Shown here: positions 57,951 through 64,000 of the stretch, piece by piece
How positions within the stretch are numbered: the stretch's first letter is position 1
Layout: every line of letters begins with the position of its first letter
NCBI GenBank assembly: GCA_964016885.1
Contig: OZ024745.1
Coordinates: 71,486,001 to 71,550,000 of the forward strand
Direction of reading: 5' to 3'
Length of the DNA stretch: 64,000 nt
DNA from: Eledone cirrhosa
Lineage: Eukaryota
Position numbers and translations under genes: made by a program
The notes under the pieces: model-generated
Seen by the model: only the letters and a program-made list of their open reading frames with translations
Database searches by the model: none
Told to the model about the DNA's origin: nothing

Positions 57951-60900
57951 CTACAAAAGACCAAAATTATTAGAAATCTGCATTAATTTGATAAAATATT
58001 TTGATATAAAACAATCTAATTCAAAAGAAAATTTTTTTTTTTATATTTTAAGTAAACATCAGAAGCTGTTTTTCACAGTGAAAATCCATAAAACTATATT
58101 TTATTTTCTGTTTAGTAGTGTTAAACATATATTGCACTGGCTTTCTGAAATACTTATGAAACATTTATTACATATCTCACATTGCTTCACATTAACTATA
58201 CTATAACTGTATTTACATATGTTTTAGATATGAGTTGAAAGCATAAAATTCCTTTTTTTCTTTCAGAAAGCTTCAATGTGTGTGTCTTATCAGTATGTAC
58301 AGGAAGTAAAAAACAGGTTAATTTTCTATTTACTGAACCAGAATATGAATATATTATTATCACAAATCTGTATTTTGACAACAAGTAGTTTTCAACAAAG
58401 AGATATTTTCTCACCATGTTTTTTTTTGTGCGTTTTTGTTTTTTTCTAAATATTTTAATTGCTTAGTCAGATTGAGAAGAACAGTGCCCATAACCCTTTC
58501 CAGAGCCTCCATGACTGAAGGGAGGGAGAAAAATGTCTCCTCAAACCAGATACCTGATTTGAATGTTTGCAACAAAATGAACACTGCTAAAGTCACCCAA
58601 ATGTCAAGATGATGATGTTAAACTGGGTAACAGTTTAAGTCTACAACCCATGGAGTCAATGACAGGATTTATACCCAGAACAAAAATATCCAGAATAAAT
58701 ACTGCAAAACATTCCATTCATTGCTCTAACGATTCCATCAGTAATAATATATCTGACTAATACAAAGCTAATAAGTGAGCTTCTATATGGTCAATTAACC
58801 TACTAGAAATAGCAGCTACATCTCATTAGAAAACAAGGATAACATGAACAATGTAGTCCTTGATACAACAAGGTGGTCATGACTAGTTTATCTGTTATCC
58901 AATAGATCTGCTCTATTAGACCTGCCCTGGGGGCAGGACAGCAACAATAACATAATCATTATCATCATTGTTTTCATGTCTGTCTTTCCATGCTGGTGTG
59001 AGTTAGATGGGACTTTCTGAGGCAGTATTTTACAGTGAGATGATCTGATCTTCTTGATGTCAACCCTTTTAGTAACTTTTTAAGACATATGATGAACTTA
59101 TTCTAAAAACTGAAATAAACAAAGATATATATGACTCATTAACGACTATTCGAGATCTTTCTGTATTGCTAAATTCAAATATTTTTTCTAAATAACTACA
59201 TTTGACAACCATAAATTTACTTTTAGCGTTGTACTTGTTTGGCAAGTGACTTGATCTGAGAATTTGTGTTGAAACTAAAGCATTTTAACCATTCAAAAAA
59301 AAAATACACAAAAACTGTTAAATTCACTTTACATTTTTCATTTAAATTTTCAAGTCAGGTGAAAACCAGTGCAATAAAAATTTTGCCATCAAGAAATAAA
59401 CGATAAATGTAAAATGAATTTAATAGGTTTTGTGTATTTTCTTTTTGAATGGTTAAAATGATTCTCCCTTGATATAATTGCATAAATTTACTTCTCATAG
59501 TTTAATCAATGTAATATAATAGTATGATATAGCATATTGTAATTAAATTATAATCATATATTCGATTTGGAAACATGTGTATTTGTTACACACAGGCAAT
59601 TATTCCGATTTAATTACACAAGGCATCTGAAAATATAAATTTAAAAAGCAGTGAATTGGCAGAGTTATTAGATTGTATGATAAAATACCTTATGATATTT
59701 CTTCCTGTGTTCTGAGTTCAAATCTTATCAAGGTTAATTTTGATTATTTCAGGGTTGATAAAAAAAAAAAAGGTATCAGTCTAGAGTGAGTGGTGTAAGT
59801 TTAAGCACCAAACAAAGAGTGGATACAAGTCCTTCCTTGATGAAGTCACTGCAGCATTAGATGTAGTTACAACTGAGTCATATATCCTAATGGGAGACTT
59901 CAATGCACATGTTGGCACTGACTACCTGACATGAAAAGGAGTTATTGGAAGGAATCGCGACCCCAATCTAAATATGAATGGGGAGACCTTACTAGACTTC
60001 TGTTGTAGCAATCGACTCTCTATTATGAACACCTTCTTCTAGCACAGTGACATCCAGTAATGCACCAGCTTCAGCATTCAGTAATCAGAAGGAAAGAAGG
60101 TGTAAAAGCCAAACTCACTATCTTTAATTTGGTATTTGTGCCAACCCTTACTTATGGTCATGAATCTTAAGTAATGACCGAAAGAATACAATCGCGAATA
60201 CAAGCAGCCGAAATGGGGTTTCTCCGAATGGTCTTTGGAGAAATGTTACTCGATAGAGTGCATAGCTCAGAGATCAGAGACTTGCTCCAGGTAGAGCTGC
60301 TACTATTCTAAATTGAGAGATCACATCTCCAGTAGGGCATGAAGTTAGAATGTCTTAGGAAAGAACCCCTGGACAGATATTTTATGGGCAAAACCAACTG
60401 GCAGAAAACCAAGGGGTAGACGCCAAGCAAGTTGGATAACATCCATGAGCTTGGTTGGTCTTGCATAGGAATCCAACCAGACCAGTTGGAGACAGGACCC
60501 CCTGGAAGGAGTGTTTAAGGACTCAGCTTTACAGGAATAAGTGGGCGAAGAAGAAGTCTAGAGTGGTGGTTGATTAAACTGTTAAAACATCAAATGAGAT
60601 ACTTTGTGCTATTTGTTCAAGCTTTTTGCATTCTCAGCTTAAATCCCACTTTAGTGGTAGACTTAATCCATTGCCTTGTTTAACACCACCACCTGATCCT
60701 TGGGGGCTTTTGGTAAGCATTTGGGCCAAGTTTCCAACCAACTAATGTTAGAGGCTCTGAAAAGGAACATGGGCACTGCTTTTCCTTCTCTGGCTAAACA
60801 GCAAAAATATATATATTCATGCTGTGGTGAAGAAAGTTTTCTTATACAGTATATTCTCATGTATAAGTCACACTTTTTTCAAAGAAAATACATGGTAAAA

Positions 60901-62022
60901 CAGCATGTAACTTATCTACTGGTTCATTCTAAATATTTGCAAAATGGAAGTACAACTTATCTACTAGTGCAATTTATACACTAATATACATGGTATCTTT
61001 TGTAACAACTGGCACTTTAAAACCATCTTTCCCACAAAAACAGGGGCCAATATTGCAGGCTCCATGATAAGTTTCATACTCTTTTGCTAATGTTTTACAG
61101 CTGGATAACCTTCCTGGTGCCAATCCTTTTAGTCACATTTTATGGCATGCAGGGATATGGTGTATCTATTCTAAAATGGATACACACAGGTTACTGGAAG
61201 AAAAGACCAAATTTAAATCTGGTTAATCTATATATACTTATATTAATCTACATATACTTATATCTTCAGTGGCTTGAAGTTTTTCTAAGCTATGGTAAAT
61301 AAACTAAGATTGAAACTATGGTTGACTGGAGATCTGTTCCATGTGGATATAACATATTTACATTCTGCTACATACATTGTATTGTTATGTTTAGTTAGAT
61401 AAGATATTTCAATTATGTCAGTTGATTTACAATGAAACTAAATGCCATTCCTACTTAATGGTACAATCATTTATACAAAAGCATTCAAGTGTATATAATG
61501 TTGGTTTCTTATTCTACATACATAACCTTTATAAACAGTAAACCCGGTAAAAAAAACAGTTTTTCGTGTCCTACATTTATTCATAAATAGCAACTTTTGT
61601 AAAAAAAATATTAAAAAACAGTAAGTGATGTAAAAAAAAAATAACAACACTGTAATAAAGCAGTAACCTCTGGTAACAGTAAACCCTTTTTTTTTAATAT
61701 AAAGTAACCTGGTAAAAAACAGTAACTCTAAAAAAACAGTAATCCTGTATTAAAAAAATAGTAATCCTATGAAAAAATAGTAACTTGTAAAAAAAAAAAC
61801 AGTAAGCAATGTAAATAAACTGTACTCCATGTAAAAGAATAGTAATTCTGTAAAATGATACAGTAACCCTCTAAAAAGACAGTAGCCTCTGGTAACAGCT
61901 ACACCTGTAAAAAAATAGTGATCAAGCAAAAAATAAAAACAGCAGGCCCTATAAAACAAAACAGCGATACTGTAAAAAGAAAATAGTTATCCCTGGTAAA
62001 AGTAATCGCTGTAAAAACTGTA

Positions 62023-62082
62023 ACCCCAGAATAATGTCTGTTTCATGTATGTAGAACATGAAACAGACATTATTCTGGGGTT
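62023..62082. repeat. Perfect ~26-bp-arm hairpin at the end of a degenerate AAACAGTAACCC-like minisatellite (61535-62030)
   Basis: AACCCCAGAATAATGTCTGTTTCATGT ... ACATGAAACAGACATTATTCTGGGGTT. Confidence 0.85.
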
Positions 62083-63433
62083 CTACATACATAAACATAT
62101 ATTTGTAAACAATAAAGAGTAACCCCTGTTTATTCAATCAACAAAAACATAATAGATTTTATTCTATTACAATCAGATTGTAAAAATTCTATTGATTAAA
62201 ACCAATTTGTTTTGCTCTTTTCACCACTCTACACAGTATATAAATAGCAGCCAAATCTCTTAAATTCCAGAGACAAAAATGATGGCCTTGCCATGGCTAG
62301 AACACCTTTCATTGTAAGTTTTCTTGATCATGACTAACCTGAGGCTAAACAACAACAGCTGTATTAATAATATTCTAAATAGTTCTTTTCTCCACTACTA
62401 CACACTATATAAACACTGACCTAGCAAAGGAGCCTCTATGAGATCACTCAACCTTCCAAAAATAGCAGCCAAATCTCCCTCAAATTACACCCTTCTGTAT
62501 TAAAAAGACATGTTGGGTAATATGAACCTAGGTTCTCTGCACAGAGACAAAAGATGGGATGGTCATGCCTGAAATACATTTAATATTAGGTCTGCTTATT
62601 AGGGTTGACCTGAGGGTAAATACCAACTGTATAAATATTTTAAACTGTCCTTTTCACCACTACCACATACTATACAAATATTTCACCCCTTTCATTGTCA
62701 TCATTAGCATCATCATTTAACAACTTTTTTCCCTGATACCAAGGGTTAGACAGGTCCACATAAACCAAGTCAGTACTGAAGTGGGGCTTCTGACCTCCTA
62801 GACAGGCCAGGATATCTGCATTTCATTTACGTACAGTTCTATCAAGTGCATAGGGGTAATTGTCATGTTTTTGACACAACTGAAGGGTCCTCCCAACTCT
62901 TTATTTGGCAAGCTTTCTATGACTAAATCCCCTTTTTATCACCAACCACTTTACAGCATGTACTGGGTGCACGTACCATATAGATCACCAACACTTGTAA
63001 TATTCTTGACACAACTGCATGATCCTCCCAACCCTTTGTTTGGCAAGCTTTCTATAGCTGAATATCCTTCCTATCACCAGCCCCTTTACATGTGTTTCAA
63101 TTAATTTTGAAAATAACCAAAATTTTGGAGGAATTTAATAAAATAACTAAACTTTTCATTAGTAAGCTGACATTTAGAACATTACTCAACAAAAATTTCT
63201 AAAATAGAATTATGAAAGAAGGTTTTAATATAAGGATAAACATTTGAAGACAAGCAATTTTGTATCATAAACTCAGAGGGGTATCAAAAGGGTTAAACTG
63301 TTTAAATATTTTAAACTGTCCTTTCTTCTAAAGTATACACACTACGTAAATATATTTCACTATGTAAATATATTTCACACCACCCCCAATAAGTGCAGAG
63401 AAGAAATAATTGACACCTTTTTATTCACCTTAC

Positions 63434-63560
63434 CTGCCTTCATTGTGGCTACCACCAAATGCTGCACATATACAAGAATAGACAGGGCAATAGAGAGCAT
63501 AATATATCCACACTGTCAGAGTGTATAGTATGGTCCTCAGCAGAACAAAAACAAGTATAA
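63434..63560 (-). CDS. Putative internal 127-bp exon encoding a hydrophobic, TM-like segment
   Basis: TTATCTTCTCAG| ... CAG|GTAAG, reading ILVFVLLRTILYTLTVWIYYALYCPVYSCICAAFGGSHNEG. Phase 2 out. Confidence 0.55.
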
Positions 63561-64000
63561 CTGAGAAGATAAATCTTTGAATTAAGCCTCATTGTTCATT
63601 GTACTTGCTTTAGGTCTGTTTAACCAAGGCTAACCTGCAGCAATAAAAACACATTATAAACATTTTTATTGGCCTGATCTATATTTTTCATGCTGTAATC
63701 TTATTCTAAAATTTACTACTTTCATCCAATATTAGCTGTGTATCAATATTTATAAACTAAATATTTATCAACTGATTTGTTCTGCTCATATAATTTTAAT
63801 TCCAAATACTTTAAACATCATCTTTAATAAACAAATACTGCAATATTTATTATAAATTACAAAGAAACACTATATCGTTTATTATTTCTGCTTTGCTTTA
63901 AATCAAATATAACTGGATTATATTACCTAGATTTCTTGGTGTCAGTCTGTGGCATACAGAACTGCATACAGTTAGAATAATCAGGATGTGATTGAATAGA

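Overview
This is a eukaryotic, AT-rich, microsatellite-laden window dominated by transposable elements. The SINE families and (TA)n/(GA)n content suggest a cephalopod, probably Octopus (inference). Main contents: (1) an RTE-type LINE split just before its RT FADD motif by a full-length Gypsy LTR element with near-identical LTRs and a 4-bp TSD; (2) two Penelope-like elements (PLEs) with C-terminal GIY-YIG domains and inverted pseudo-LTRs, one interrupted by a nearly intact CR1-type LINE whose ATG-less ORF2 may be reached by a -1 frameshift; (3) a Dong/R4-like fragment in (TAA)n, a CRE-like remnant, two non-autonomous Helitrons, RTE remnants and tRNA-derived SINEs; (4) three phase-compatible minus-strand exons of an unidentified, probably membrane-protein, host gene. 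The most striking feature is not in the ORF track: about 12 type I hammerhead ribozyme motifs from at least 4-5 unrelated families. They include a 310-bp retrozyme-like tandem repeat, head-to-head palindromic pairs, a U3-A8 core variant and a recurrent U10.1-U11.1 helix II closure. All structures were paired by eye and none has been tested.
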